In this document: piece after piece, positions 19,762-29,276 of the stretch | Layout: each line of letters starts with the position of its first letter | Numbering within the stretch: the stretch's first letter is position 1 | Assembly (NCBI GenBank): GCA_017694295.1 | Contig: JADINA010000024.1 | Span: forward strand, 5,295-69,294 | Direction of reading: 5' to 3' | Source of the DNA: Candidatus Alloenteromonas pullistercoris | GTDB lineage: Bacteria > Bacillota_I > Bacilli_A > RFN20 > CAG-826 | DNA length: 64,000 bases | The notes under the pieces: model-generated | Database searches by the model: none | Seen by the model: only the letters and a program-made list of their open reading frames with translations | What the model was told of the DNA's origin: nothing | Translations under genes and position numbers: made by a program

Positions 19762-20613
19762 TCAGCTTTTTAGGGAAAGAAAGACGCGGTAGACGCGGTT
19801 TTTCCCGATTTGCAGCGTTTTCGCGGCTTCCTTAACCGCCTCGGTTCCGCTTAAATTCCCTTCTTCGATTAGGTTTTGCAAGGTTTTGGCGATATCCTCA
19901 TCGCTCACTTCGGCTTTGCTTTTGTTTCCTTCTATGACGATGACCATCTCCCCTTTCAAACTGCTTTCCTCGAGTTCACATAGTTCGGAAAGGGGCCCGC
20001 GGATATATTCCTCGTGGGCCTTGGTGAGTTCCCTCGCGATGACGGCTTTCCTTTCCCCAAGGAGGCGAAAAAGCGATTCAAGCGTTTTCTTGATGCGGTG
20101 GGGCGATTCGTAGAGGATTATCGTTTCCTTCCTATGGCTTATCTCTTTTATCTCCTTTTCCTTCTCGCTTTCCTTGGCGTCAAGGAAGCCATGGAAGTAG
20201 AAGTGGGTTGAGTCCAAGCCGGACGCCGACAAAGCGTTTAAGGCGGCGTTAGGCCCGGAGATCGTCGACACCTTGATGCCGTTATCGAGGCAATTGGCCA
20301 CAAGCCTTGACCCCGGATCGCTAATCCCCGGGTATCCGGCATCGCTCATGTAGGCGACTTTCTTCCCGGACAAAAGGAGGGAGACGATCTTTTTCGAGGC
20401 CGCCTCCTCGTTATGCTCATGGCAGCTGATGAAGGGCTTGTCGATTCCTAGCTTCTTAAGCAAAGCGCCCGAGTTCCTTGTGTCCTCGGCGGCCACAAAA
20501 TCCGTTTCTTTGAGTATGGAGACGGCCCTTGGGGTCATTTCCTCCATGTTGCCTATCGGGGTCGCCACGAGGTAAAGCAAAGGCGATGGCCCAAAGAAGT
20601 TGAGTTCCCTCAT
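19762..20613 (-). CDS. rsmI: 16S rRNA C1402 2'-O-methyltransferase
   Basis: LYLVATPIGN, AAEDTR, SDAGYPGISDPG, YESPHR, RELTK.HEE. Confidence 0.95.
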   Translation of the reverse strand: MRELNFFGPSPLLYLVATPIGNMEEMTPRAVSILKETDFVAAEDTRNSGALLKKLGIDKPFISCHEHNEEAASKKIVSLLLSGKKVAYMSDAGYPGISDPGSRLVANCLDNGIKVSTISGPNAALNALSASGLDSTHFYFHGFLDAKESEKEKEIKEISHRKETIILYESPHRIKKTLESLFRLLGERKAVIARELTKAHEEYIRGPLSELCELEESSLKGEMVIVIEGNKSKAEVSDEDIAKTLQNLIEEGNLSGTEAVKEAAKTLQIGKNRVYRVFLSLKS

Positions 20614-21758
20614 TTGGCCTCTTGCTTGGGTTTGTTGGGGCGATGGTAATGGCGGTGGCGGTTATGCCGTTTCTGATTTTGGCTACCGTTGGGCCCGCTT
20701 TGGCCGTCTTTCCCTTTTTGGGCGTTCCCGTTGCTTGGCTGGTTGCCTTTTTGCTGCCCGCCGCGGTTATTGCGCCCCGCCTTGCCCTGTCCTTTTTGGT
20801 GTTGCTCGGGTTTGCCGTTTTGCTCTATCTTCCCCCGGTTTCCCATGCCGCCGTAGCTGACGTCTTTGAAGTGCCCGGAGACCACGCCATAATCCGGAAG
20901 GGCGAATTCCTCTTCCTTCTTCTCCTCTTTTTTCCTATACGTCCCGTTGATCATCGCCAAAACGTCTTCAAGGGGATAGGTCTTGGAGTTTTGCCGGTCC
21001 TGGGTGCAGAGGCGGACGGTGCGCGAGATGACGTTATACGAATCGACTTTGTATTCCCCTTCATCGAATTTGACGATGGTGCCAAGGCGGGGGAAATCCT
21101 TCTTTTCCTGGGTGTAGGTGTCATCTTCATAGGCCAGACAGCACATCAGCTTCCCGCATTGGCCGGAAAGCTTGGGGATGTTGATGGTGAGCATTTGGTT
21201 TTTGACCCGGGAGATGGAGATGCCCTCGAATTGGTTTAGGAAGGTCGAGCAGCATAAAGGCAACCCGCAGGGGCCGAGTCCGCCGATCATCTTGGCTTTG
21301 TCGCGCGGGGCGATTTGCCTTAGTTCGACCCTTCCGGCGATCCGGGGGGCGATTTTGGTTAATAGGACGCGGAAATCAACCCGCTTCTCCGGGGTCGTGT
21401 AGGTGATGAGGACATGGTTGCCCTCGAGGTTGTATTCGCCTCCGATGACGTCCATTGGGAGGTCGAGCTTCTTAATCTCCTCTTTCGTCGCCTCCACCGC
21501 CTTTTTGGCGGCTTCCAAATTGAATTGGTAGTTATCGAGGTCGGATTTGCTGGCTTTTCTTTCGATCGGCTTAAGCTCGAGGTCGCTGCTATATTCGGTT
21601 AATGGCTGGGGGGCGGAGCAGACGAAAGCCAGCTGCGTCCCGTTTTGGGTGAGGACGACGACCGGGTCGCCAGGCTGCAGATCGGCGATATCGGTGGCAA
21701 AGCAATAGGGCTTATCCGAATTTGGGTAATGGACGCTTACGTAATGGGTTTCCTTCAT
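20610..21758 (-). CDS. ricT: PSP1/RicT (YaaT) family protein with low-complexity basic tail
   Basis: RVDFR.L, ELRQI..RD.A, GG.GPCG..LCC, KLSG.CG.LMCCL.YE. Canonical position after holB. Confidence 0.9.
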   Translation of the reverse strand: MKETHYVSVHYPNSDKPYCFATDIADLQPGDPVVVLTQNGTQLAFVCSAPQPLTEYSSDLELKPIERKASKSDLDNYQFNLEAAKKAVEATKEEIKKLDLPMDVIGGEYNLEGNHVLITYTTPEKRVDFRVLLTKIAPRIAGRVELRQIAPRDKAKMIGGLGPCGLPLCCSTFLNQFEGISISRVKNQMLTINIPKLSGQCGKLMCCLAYEDDTYTQEKKDFPRLGTIVKFDEGEYKVDSYNVISRTVRLCTQDRQNSKTYPLEDVLAMINGTYRKKEEKKEEEFALPDYGVVSGHFKDVSYGGMGNRGKIEQNGKPEQHQKGQGKAGRNNRGGQQKGNQPSNGNAQKGKDGQSGPNGSQNQKRHNRHRHYHRPNKPKQEAK

Positions 21759-21764
21759 ATTCGA

Positions 21765-22733
21765 TCACTCCTTGCAGAGCTCGCTGGCCAAATGGGTCAG
21801 CAAGAGCCCGGCGTTGACGTTGGTTTCGATTTCCTGCCGCATGGTCATCGCCTGCAACAGCTTTTCCTGCGGGTTTTTGATTTTCTTGGCCAGCCCGTCG
21901 ACTATTTTACCATAGCTTGGCAGCGACCTTCCCCCCGAATGGGCGTTGACGTCCAATAGGAAGAGGCAAACCAGGTCGAAGTATAGCCGGAGAGCGGGTT
22001 TGTCCTTAATGGTTAAGGAAGCCGTCTCGGCGGCGAACCTCGTTGCCCCCTTTCCTTTTAATAACCCCGCCATCAGGTTAAGCGAGGCCTCTTTGGCTTT
22101 GGGGTAGCGGGGCGAGGAGGCGGTGTCGAGGATGAGCTTGGGCTCGTTGCAGAAAGGGCTTAGGAGCTCGGCGTCCTCTTGGCTTACCCCAAGTTTAATG
22201 GCTTCGGCGATGACCTCATCGCGCGGGGCGAGGCGAAGATGGTAGATTTGGCAACGCGACGCGATGGTCGGCAAAACCTTCGTTTGGTTTTGGGTGGTGA
22301 GGATCGCGTAGGTGTCCGAGCTGGGCTCTTCGAGGAACTTCAAGATGGCGTTGGCCGCCTTCTCGGTCATATTCTCGACGAGGTTGATGACGTAGACCAT
22401 GATCCCCTTTTTCTCCAAGGCCGTCTGGGAGAAAAGGCTTTCAAGGCCCTCGACCTGCTCCTTCTTCACCGTCTCATCGGCCCCATCGAGCAAGATGAAA
22501 TCCGGATAGGAACCTGAGTCGATGCGGGTGCATATGTGGCAGGATTCGTCGGCCAGGGGCGAGGGGTTGTCGCAAAGGATCGATTTGGCCAGGAAGACGG
22601 CCGTTTCCTTTAAGGGCGCGCCTTCCTCGCCGACTAAAAGGTAGGCGTGGCCAAGGCGGTTCTCCCTTATGGCGGAGGACCACATTTTGGTCAGGACCTT
22701 TTGCCGAGAGTAGATGTAGGGCGCGAAAGACAT
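21765..22733 (-). CDS. holB: DNA polymerase III delta' subunit
   Basis: HAYLL, C..C.RI, AANAILKFLEEP, LPTI.SRC. Located between tmk and ricT. Confidence 0.92.
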   Translation of the reverse strand: MSFAPYIYSRQKVLTKMWSSAIRENRLGHAYLLVGEEGAPLKETAVFLAKSILCDNPSPLADESCHICTRIDSGSYPDFILLDGADETVKKEQVEGLESLFSQTALEKKGIMVYVINLVENMTEKAANAILKFLEEPSSDTYAILTTQNQTKVLPTIASRCQIYHLRLAPRDEVIAEAIKLGVSQEDAELLSPFCNEPKLILDTASSPRYPKAKEASLNLMAGLLKGKGATRFAAETASLTIKDKPALRLYFDLVCLFLLDVNAHSGGRSLPSYGKIVDGLAKKIKNPQEKLLQAMTMRQEIETNVNAGLLLTHLASELCKE

Positions 22734-23356
22734 TAGGGCAATTTCCTCTTTATGGCCGCATAGGCCTCCGACACGACGGTCGATAGGTCTTGCGAGGCGT
22801 CTATGACCTGGTAACGGCTTTCAAAGCGCTTGGCTAGGGAATGGAAGGCCTCGCGGACTTGCTTGTGGAAGGAAAGCTTTTCCAAATCGAGCCGGTTTAC
22901 CTCCCTTTCCGAGTTTTTGGCGATCCTGGCCAAGCCCATCTCCGGGGGCAGGTCGAACAAAAGGGTCAGATCGGGGAAGGTTTTCTCGGTGGCGAAGTAG
23001 TTGATGGACAAAACCTCATCGATTCCTAGTCCCCTTGCCACCCCTTGGTAGGCAAGCGAGGAATCGAGGAAGCGGTCGCAAAGGACGATTTTCCCCTCCT
23101 TTAGTGCCGGCCATATTTTCTCGATTAGGTGTTGGCGGCGGCTGGCGGCGTAAAGCAAAGCCTCGGTCCTTGGGTCCATAGCCGTGTTGCTTTTGTCGAG
23201 GATGACGTTTCTTATTTGCTCGGCTATCGGGGTTCCGCCGGGCTCGCGGGTGGTCAAAACCGGGTATCCCTCTTCTTGGAGGCGCTTAGCAAGAAGGGCC
23301 ATCGCCGAGGATTTGCCTGACCCCTCCCCGCCTTCGAAGGTGACGAATAGGCTCAT
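22733..23356 (-). CDS. tmk: Thymidylate kinase
   Basis: FVTFEGGEGSGKS, TREPGGT, LCDRFLDSSLAYQG. True start is MSLFVT at 23356. Confidence 0.96.
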   Translation of the reverse strand: MSLFVTFEGGEGSGKSSAMALLAKRLQEEGYPVLTTREPGGTPIAEQIRNVILDKSNTAMDPRTEALLYAASRRQHLIEKIWPALKEGKIVLCDRFLDSSLAYQGVARGLGIDEVLSINYFATEKTFPDLTLLFDLPPEMGLARIAKNSEREVNRLDLEKLSFHKQVREAFHSLAKRFESRYQVIDASQDLSTVVSEAYAAIKRKLP

Positions 23357-23949
23357 AGCTTTTTCCTCCCTTGGAATGCCCTTTGCAAGGTGAGGGAGTC
23401 GGCGAAGTCGAGGGTGGCCCCGACCGGGAGGCCATAGGCGAGCCGGCTCACCGGGATGTTTTGTTTTTCTAGTAGCCTCGCGATGTATAAGGCCGTCGTC
23501 TCCCCTTCCAAGGTCGGGTTGGTGGCGACCACGACTTCCTTTATCCCCTCTTCCTCGCATCGTCTGAGCAGTGAATCGATTTGCAGCTCCGATTCGCCGA
23601 TTCCCTTTGAGGGGGAAAGCAATCCGCCTAGGACGTGGTAGACGCCCTTATAATCGCCTAGCTTCTCAAAGGCGATCGCGTCTTTGGCTGAGGCGACGAC
23701 GATGCAGGTCGAGTGGTCGCGGGTCGGATCGGAGCATATTTCGCAGCTGCCGTCTTCCTCGTATAACCCGCAGCGGGGGCATCTTTTTATCTTTTCCTTG
23801 GCGTCAGCAATGGCTTGGGAAAATTCCGCCGCGTCTTCCTCTTTCATCTCAAGCACGGCGAAAGCCATTCGTTCGGCGGTTTTGCTGCCAATCCCCGGCA
23901 GCTTGCCAAACGAATCGACCAAGGCGGCGAAAGTCGGAAGCTCCTTCAC
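23353..23949 (-). CDS. recR: Recombination protein RecR
   Basis: LPGIG.KTAER, C..C Zn finger, YHVLGG, ATNPTLEGETTA. Confidence 0.97.
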   Translation of the reverse strand: MKELPTFAALVDSFGKLPGIGSKTAERMAFAVLEMKEEDAAEFSQAIADAKEKIKRCPRCGLYEEDGSCEICSDPTRDHSTCIVVASAKDAIAFEKLGDYKGVYHVLGGLLSPSKGIGESELQIDSLLRRCEEEGIKEVVVATNPTLEGETTALYIARLLEKQNIPVSRLAYGLPVGATLDFADSLTLQRAFQGRKKL

Positions 23950-23950
23950 G

Positions 23951-24256
23951 TTAGAACGGGAAGCCGGTTTGGCCGGTGATCCTTTCCTCCATTTCTTCTT
24001 TCTCCTCGGCGATCTTGGAAAGAACCTCCTCGAAGGCCATTTGGATCGCCTCCTCGAGCATTTCCTTGTTGTCCTCTTCTAGCGCATCGGGGTCGATGCT
24101 TAGCTTTTTGACCTTCATGTCGCCGGTCATGGTGAGCTCGACCATCCCCGATTTGGAGACGGAGAACTCCTTTTCCTTCAAGGCGGCCTGGGCTTTTTGC
24201 ATCTCGCGCTGCATCCTTTGGGCCTGAGCGAGCATTTGCTGCATTGGGTTTGGCAT
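23951..24256 (-). CDS. YbaB/EbfC nucleoid-associated protein
   Basis: M.QMLAQAQRMQ...G.V...GD....IDP. Located between dnaX and recR. Confidence 0.92.
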   Translation of the reverse strand: MPNPMQQMLAQAQRMQREMQKAQAALKEKEFSVSKSGMVELTMTGDMKVKKLSIDPDALEEDNKEMLEEAIQMAFEEVLSKIAEEKEEMEERITGQTGFPF

Positions 24257-24270
24257 GGTTTGTTTCTCCT

Positions 24271-26124
24271 TTATTTATCCTCTGGCAGGTGGATATTGAC
24301 TTCCTCGACGCTTGGCAGCTTGTTGATTTGCCGTAAGTTGCGGTACATGCCGAGGTAGTGGTTGTGGTCGATGCGGTCGAAGAAGTAGACGAACACTTCC
24401 CTTCCAAGCAATTGGCCGACTAGGTTTGACAGCACCTTTTGGTTGGCCTTGATGTTGGCCCGGTTCCTAAGCCTGGTGGTGTTGAAGCTCATGATGAGCG
24501 CCTTCTCGCCCAAGACGACGGTGCTGGCTTGGGAAAGCAAGGCGGCCGCGTCCCCGATCTTCGGGTCGAGCTTCATGTCGGCAAACGCCGGCCATTTGGC
24601 GTTGAGCTCTTTGCGCTCGGCGGAGTATTTTGCGCCTTGGACCATGAGGCCGATGACGCTGTCGTCGTCGAGCTTATACGATTCGCCCTCGGCGACCAAT
24701 GAGGCGTTTTTGATCTTCCCGGGATCGAGCGCCGGCCTCGCCGGGGGTTCGGGCTTAATCTCTTCCTTCTTCGGCGTTTCCGGGGGATTTGCTTTTTTGA
24801 TTTCCGCCTTTTGCGGGCTTTTCGGCATATCCTCGTCATCGTCTTCTAGGAAGAAGGAGGGGACCGTCGACCCTTGATAAGGGCCGGTCTGCTCCTTGGG
24901 TTCGTCTTCTTCTTTGGGGACGGGTTTAGGCTCGGGTCTTGGCTCGGGCTTTGGCTGCTCGAGAGGCTTTTCGATTCTCGCCGGCTCGTTTGGCTTTATC
25001 TCCGGCTTGGGTTTTGGCGCCTCCGGCTTAGGCAATTCGATGCTTGGCATGCCGAGGTTGGCGAGCTTAAGCAAAGTGAGCTCGAAGTAGTTCCGGACGT
25101 TGGCCACCGATTTGTAATCGACTTGGGCCTTGAGCAAGACGTCGATCATGGCGTTGGCCTTTTCGGCCTTGATAATGGAGGAGACGATGATGGGCTCTTG
25201 GTCGGAGAGGGAGGTTAATAGCCTTTCCTCCCCGGTGCGGAGGTATATCAAGTCGTCTTTCAGCATCTCCAACAAAGACGACGTTAGCCGGGTGACGTCG
25301 ATGCCCTGGTCCTCGAAGGAGCTAAGCTTCTCCAACACGTCGGCGACGTTGCCCTCGGCCGTTGAGATAAGCAACTCAAGGGCCTCTTTCTTCGAGGCCA
25401 AGCCGAATAGCTCGCGCACGCCTTGTTCGGTCAAGGGGTTTTCGCAATAGGCGATGGCCTGGTCGAGGATGGAGAGGGCGTCGCGCATGCCGCCGTCGGA
25501 AAGGGCGGCGATGTCCTCGACCGCCGATTTCTCAGCTGAGAGGTTTTCGGCGTCTAGGACGTAATTGAGGCGGTTTACGATGTCCTTTCTTTCGATTTTG
25601 CCGAAGTTATAGCGTTGGCAGCGACTGACGATCGTCGGAAGAAGTTTTTCCGGCTCGGTGGTGGCCAAGATGAAGATGACGTAATCGGGCGGTTCCTCAA
25701 GCGTCTTGAGCAAGGCGTTGACCGCCGAGTTCGAAAGCATGTGGACTTCGTCGATGATGTAGATTTTGTATTTGCCGTTGATCGGGGTGTATTGGACTTG
25801 GCTGATGAGCTCCCTGGCTTGGTCGACCGAGGTGTTGCTGGCCGCGTCGATTTCGATGACATCGGGATGTGACCCTTCGGCTATCGCCCGGCAGGAGACG
25901 CATTTCCCGCATTGGACGCCGGGGCCTTCGTCGCAAAGAAGGGATTTGGCGAAAAGGCGGGCCATCGAGGTCTTCCCAGTTCCGCGGGGGCCGCAGAAGA
26001 GGTAGGCGTGAGCGATCTTGCCCGATTTTATTGAGTTGCGCAGCGTCCTGACGATCGCCTTTTGGCCGGCGACTTCATCGAAAGTGGCGGGCCGGTATTT
26101 ATTGTAGAGTGCTTTATATGCCAT
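24271..26124 (-). CDS. dnaX: DNA polymerase III gamma/tau subunit
   Basis: ALYNKYRP, GPRGTGKT, EIDAASN, IIDEVHML, LKTLEEPP, SRCQ; Pro/Glu/Lys-rich linker. Confidence 0.97.
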   Translation of the reverse strand: MAYKALYNKYRPATFDEVAGQKAIVRTLRNSIKSGKIAHAYLFCGPRGTGKTSMARLFAKSLLCDEGPGVQCGKCVSCRAIAEGSHPDVIEIDAASNTSVDQARELISQVQYTPINGKYKIYIIDEVHMLSNSAVNALLKTLEEPPDYVIFILATTEPEKLLPTIVSRCQRYNFGKIERKDIVNRLNYVLDAENLSAEKSAVEDIAALSDGGMRDALSILDQAIAYCENPLTEQGVRELFGLASKKEALELLISTAEGNVADVLEKLSSFEDQGIDVTRLTSSLLEMLKDDLIYLRTGEERLLTSLSDQEPIIVSSIIKAEKANAMIDVLLKAQVDYKSVANVRNYFELTLLKLANLGMPSIELPKPEAPKPKPEIKPNEPARIEKPLEQPKPEPRPEPKPVPKEEDEPKEQTGPYQGSTVPSFFLEDDDEDMPKSPQKAEIKKANPPETPKKEEIKPEPPARPALDPGKIKNASLVAEGESYKLDDDSVIGLMVQGAKYSAERKELNAKWPAFADMKLDPKIGDAAALLSQASTVVLGEKALIMSFNTTRLRNRANIKANQKVLSNLVGQLLGREVFVYFFDRIDHNHYLGMYRNLRQINKLPSVEEVNIHLPEDK

Positions 26125-26239
26125 ATGCCGAAGTAGATTATACAAGGCAAAGCGGTTTGGAGAAAGGGAGAAAAGCGCGCTTGCTAATCTATGATTAGGG
26201 GCGCTTTATATCAACTTCTTGGGAAGGCTTGGGCCCTTT

Positions 26240-26248
26240 TGCTATAAT
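26240..26248 (+). promoter_or_regulatory. Extended -10 promoter for the prfA operon
   Basis: TG-C-TATAAT 24 nt upstream of the prfA ATG. Confidence 0.6.
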
Positions 26249-26271
26249 GGCCGCCGAAAAGAGCCGATTTT

Positions 26272-27351
26272 ATGAACGAAAGCATGCGCAAGCGCCTTGA
26301 GGCGACCAAAGAACGCGTCGAGCAGCTCGATAAGGAGCTATCGAGCGAGGATATCGATTCCGACTTGGGGAAATTGACGAGGCTAAGCAAGGAGAAGTCC
26401 GACCTCCAGGAAGCCTATGACCTTTATTTGTCCTACCTTAAGCTTGAAAGGGAGGTCGAGGATTCCTTTGCCCTTGAATCTGACCCGGAAATGGCCGAGT
26501 TCGCCAAGGAGCAAAGGAAGGAGGACCTAGCGAAGATGGAGCGGATGGAAGACGAGTTCCAGGCTTTGCTATTGCCCAAAGACCCCAACGACGACAAAAA
26601 CATCATCGTCGAGATCCGCGGGGCGGTCGGGGGAGATGAGGCCAACATCTTCGCCGGCGATTTGATGAGGATGTATCAAAAATACGCGGAGAAGCAAGGC
26701 TGGAAGATAAAGCTGCTCGACGCCTCACTTGGGGCGGCTGGGGGCTATTCCTCCGTTTCTTTCATGATCAAAGGGGAATCGGTTTATTCCAAGCTTAAGT
26801 TCGAATCGGGGGCCCACCGGGTCCAACGGGTCCCGAAGACCGAGGCCAGCGGCCGCATCCACACCTCGACGGCCACGGTGTTGGTCATGCCTGAGGCCGA
26901 GGAGGTCGACATCCAAATTAACCCAAGCGATTTGAAAATCGACACCTACCATTCCCAAGGGGCCGGGGGCCAAAACGTCAACAAGACCGAATCGGCGGTC
27001 CGCATCACCCATTTGCCGACCGGGCTGGTCGTCGCCTGCCAAACCGAGAAGGCCCAGCTGCAAAACAAGGAAATCGCCATGCAGATGATAAGGGCCAAGG
27101 TCCATGCCTATTACCAGGAGCAGGAAGACGCCAAGCGGGCAAACGAAAGGAAGCTTAAGGTCGGAACTGGGGAAAGAAGCGAGAAGATCAGGACCTACAA
27201 TTACCCGCAGAACCGGGTGACCGACCACCGCATCGGCTTCACCATCAACCAGCTTGACCGGGTCATGGAGGGCGAACTCGATCCGATCATCGAGGCCCTC
27301 ATCCATTTCGACCAGGAGCAGAAGCTGCTCGAGGAAGAGAAGAATGGCTAA
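26272..27351 (+). CDS. prfA: Peptide chain release factor 1
   Basis: [10 protein letters not shown] (PxT), [23 protein letters not shown]. Confidence 0.98.
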   Translation: MNESMRKRLEATKERVEQLDKELSSEDIDSDLGKLTRLSKEKSDLQEAYDLYLSYLKLEREVEDSFALESDPEMAEFAKEQRKEDLAKMERMEDEFQALLLPKDPNDDKNIIVEIRGAVGGDEANIFAGDLMRMYQKYAEKQGWKIKLLDASLGAAGGYSSVSFMIKGESVYSKLKFESGAHRVQRVPKTEASGRIHTSTATVLVMPEAEEVDIQINPSDLKIDTYHSQGAGGQNVNKTESAVRITHLPTGLVVACQTEKAQLQNKEIAMQMIRAKVHAYYQEQEDAKRANERKLKVGTGERSEKIRTYNYPQNRVTDHRIGFTINQLDRVMEGELDPIIEALIHFDQEQKLLEEEKNG

Positions 27352-28204
27352 GGTCATTGACGTCTATTCCAAAGCCGTTAACGAGGGGAAGGAGGCCGGA
27401 GTCTATTCCTCCGACATCCGCGTTTTGCTTGCATTTGATTTGGGGTTTGCTACGGAAATCGAGGTCCTTTTGCATAAAGACGATGAGATGGACGAAAAGA
27501 AAATCCAATTGTTCAACGCCCAATTAGCGCGCCTTTTGAACAACGAGCCCGTCGAATACATCGTAAACGAATGCAAGTTCCTCGAGTTTAAGCTTTTCGT
27601 CGACAATAGGGTGCTTATCCCGCGGATGGAGACGCAGGAGATGCTTGCCATCCTCTCGGAAAGGATCCTCGATTACTATGACCCCCGGAATTACTTGGTG
27701 GCGGCCGATGTTGGGACGGGGTCAGGCTGTTTGGCCATCGCCTTGAAATCCTATTTCCCCAATTGGCTCGTCAACGCCTCCGATATCTCGGAAAAGGCCC
27801 TTGAGGTCGCCAAAATCAACGTGGATAGGCATAACACCAGGGTCAAATTGCTCCAAGGCGACGCCTTAACCCCCTATATTGAGGAGAAGATGAAGCTTGA
27901 CGTCATCGTCTGCAACCCGCCATATATCGCCTCAAGGGAACGGGTGCAATCCTCGGTTAAGGATTTTGAGCCGGAAACCGCCCTTTATCTAGATAAGGAA
28001 AACTCGGTTTACGAGAAGGTTTTCCGTGACATTGGCAAAGTCAAAAAAGGCAGCATCCTCCTTTGCTTTGAGATCGATGACGACATCGTTTCCTTCCTAA
28101 ACGGATTGATCGATCGCCACATCAAGCCAATCTATAAGGCGGAAATCGATTATATTAAGGATATGAACGGCTTCGACCGTTTCCTGTTTATCTATTTGGA
28201 GTAA
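27344..28204 (+). CDS. prmC: Release factor glutamine methyltransferase
   Basis: P.EYI, VLIPR.ET, DVGTGSG, NPPY. Follows prfA. Confidence 0.95.
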   Translation: MAKVIDVYSKAVNEGKEAGVYSSDIRVLLAFDLGFATEIEVLLHKDDEMDEKKIQLFNAQLARLLNNEPVEYIVNECKFLEFKLFVDNRVLIPRMETQEMLAILSERILDYYDPRNYLVAADVGTGSGCLAIALKSYFPNWLVNASDISEKALEVAKINVDRHNTRVKLLQGDALTPYIEEKMKLDVIVCNPPYIASRERVQSSVKDFEPETALYLDKENSVYEKVFRDIGKVKKGSILLCFEIDDDIVSFLNGLIDRHIKPIYKAEIDYIKDMNGFDRFLFIYLE

Positions 28205-28208
28205 GCCT

Positions 28209-29273
28209 ATGGACACGAAGATCATCGGATTCGACAAAGTTGACGAGGCCGTTTGCTCGTTAGGGAAAGGCGAGGCCGTTTGCTTTCCGACCGAAACCGT
28301 TTACGGCATCGGGGTAAGAAGCGATTCGGAGTCATCTTTCCGCCACCTGGTCGAATTGAAGAAAAGGCCTCCGGAAAAGCCTTTTACCCTGATGGTTTCC
28401 TCCTTAGCCGACGTCGCGAGGTTTGGCTATGTCGATTCCAAAATCATAAGCCTCCTGCATTCCTTCATGCCCGGGCCATTGACGGTTTTGCTTAAGGCCC
28501 GCCCCAATTTGCCATCCTATTTGACTTTGGGGGAGGAGACGATCGGATTGCGCTTCCCCGATGATGAGCGGGTTTGCTCCTTAATCGAAAAAGCCGGCGT
28601 CCCCTTGCTCGTCCCTTCGGCCAACCCTAGCGGCCTGCCCCCGGCATTGAATTGCAAGGAAGCCTTCGATTATTTCAAAGGAAAAGTCGAATACGTCATC
28701 GACGGCCACTGCGGGGCCACAAGCCCCTCGACCATCGTCGATTTGTCGAAGGAAGGAGAGCTTTCCCTCGTCAGGGAAGGCGGGATAAGCGAAAGCGAGC
28801 TTAGGAAGAGCTTCGTTAACGAAGAAAAAACCATCGCCCTTGCCTCCGACCATGGCGGGTTCGCCTTAAAGGAAGCCATCAAGCGGCATTTGGGCGAGAT
28901 TGGTTTCCCCTATTTGGATTTTGGGACCGATGCTCTTAATAGCTGCGACTACCCCCAATTCGCCGCCTCCGCCGCCTCCGCGGTTGCTCAGGGCAAGGCC
29001 GATTTAGCGATAATCTGCTGCACCTCCGGGGAAGGGGTTTGCATGGCGGCCAACAAAGTCAAAGGGGTCCGCTGCGGCATCGGCTATGACGACGTCGTGA
29101 CCGGCAAATGCCGTGAGCATAACGACGCGAACGCCATAACCTTCGGGGAAAAATACATGAAGGAGGAGGATGTGCTCCGCCGGGTCGACATCTTCCTAAC
29201 CGAGCGCTTCTCCTCTTTGGAAAAACACCATCGCCGGGTGAAGCAGCTAAGCCAAATCGAAGATAAACAGTGA
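28209..29273 (+). CDS. Fusion: threonylcarbamoyl-AMP synthase (TsaC/Sua5 catalytic domain) + ribose-5-phosphate isomerase B
   Basis: N-part: FPTETVYG, K.RP..KP, PSANPSG, STIVD, REG. C-part: IALASDHGG, DYP, C..G.G..MAANKV.G.R, HNDAN, RHHRRV-like end. One frame. Confidence 0.92.
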   Translation: MDTKIIGFDKVDEAVCSLGKGEAVCFPTETVYGIGVRSDSESSFRHLVELKKRPPEKPFTLMVSSLADVARFGYVDSKIISLLHSFMPGPLTVLLKARPNLPSYLTLGEETIGLRFPDDERVCSLIEKAGVPLLVPSANPSGLPPALNCKEAFDYFKGKVEYVIDGHCGATSPSTIVDLSKEGELSLVREGGISESELRKSFVNEEKTIALASDHGGFALKEAIKRHLGEIGFPYLDFGTDALNSCDYPQFAASAASAVAQGKADLAIICCTSGEGVCMAANKVKGVRCGIGYDDVVTGKCREHNDANAITFGEKYMKEEDVLRRVDIFLTERFSSLEKHHRRVKQLSQIEDKQ

Positions 29274-29276
29274 CTT

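Noticed and set aside
23357-23560. N-terminal extension of Tmk
   Set aside because: Overlaps recR out of frame; Tmk homology begins at MSLFVT.
24780-24800. E. coli-type dnaX -1 frameshift site (AAAAAAG on the coding strand)
   Set aside because: The run is in frame C-AAA-AAA-G, not A-AAA-AAG, and I saw no stimulatory elements.
26125-26271. SRP RNA, often found upstream of dnaX in Bacilli
   Set aside because: No SRP domain IV motif; the gap is a short divergent promoter region.
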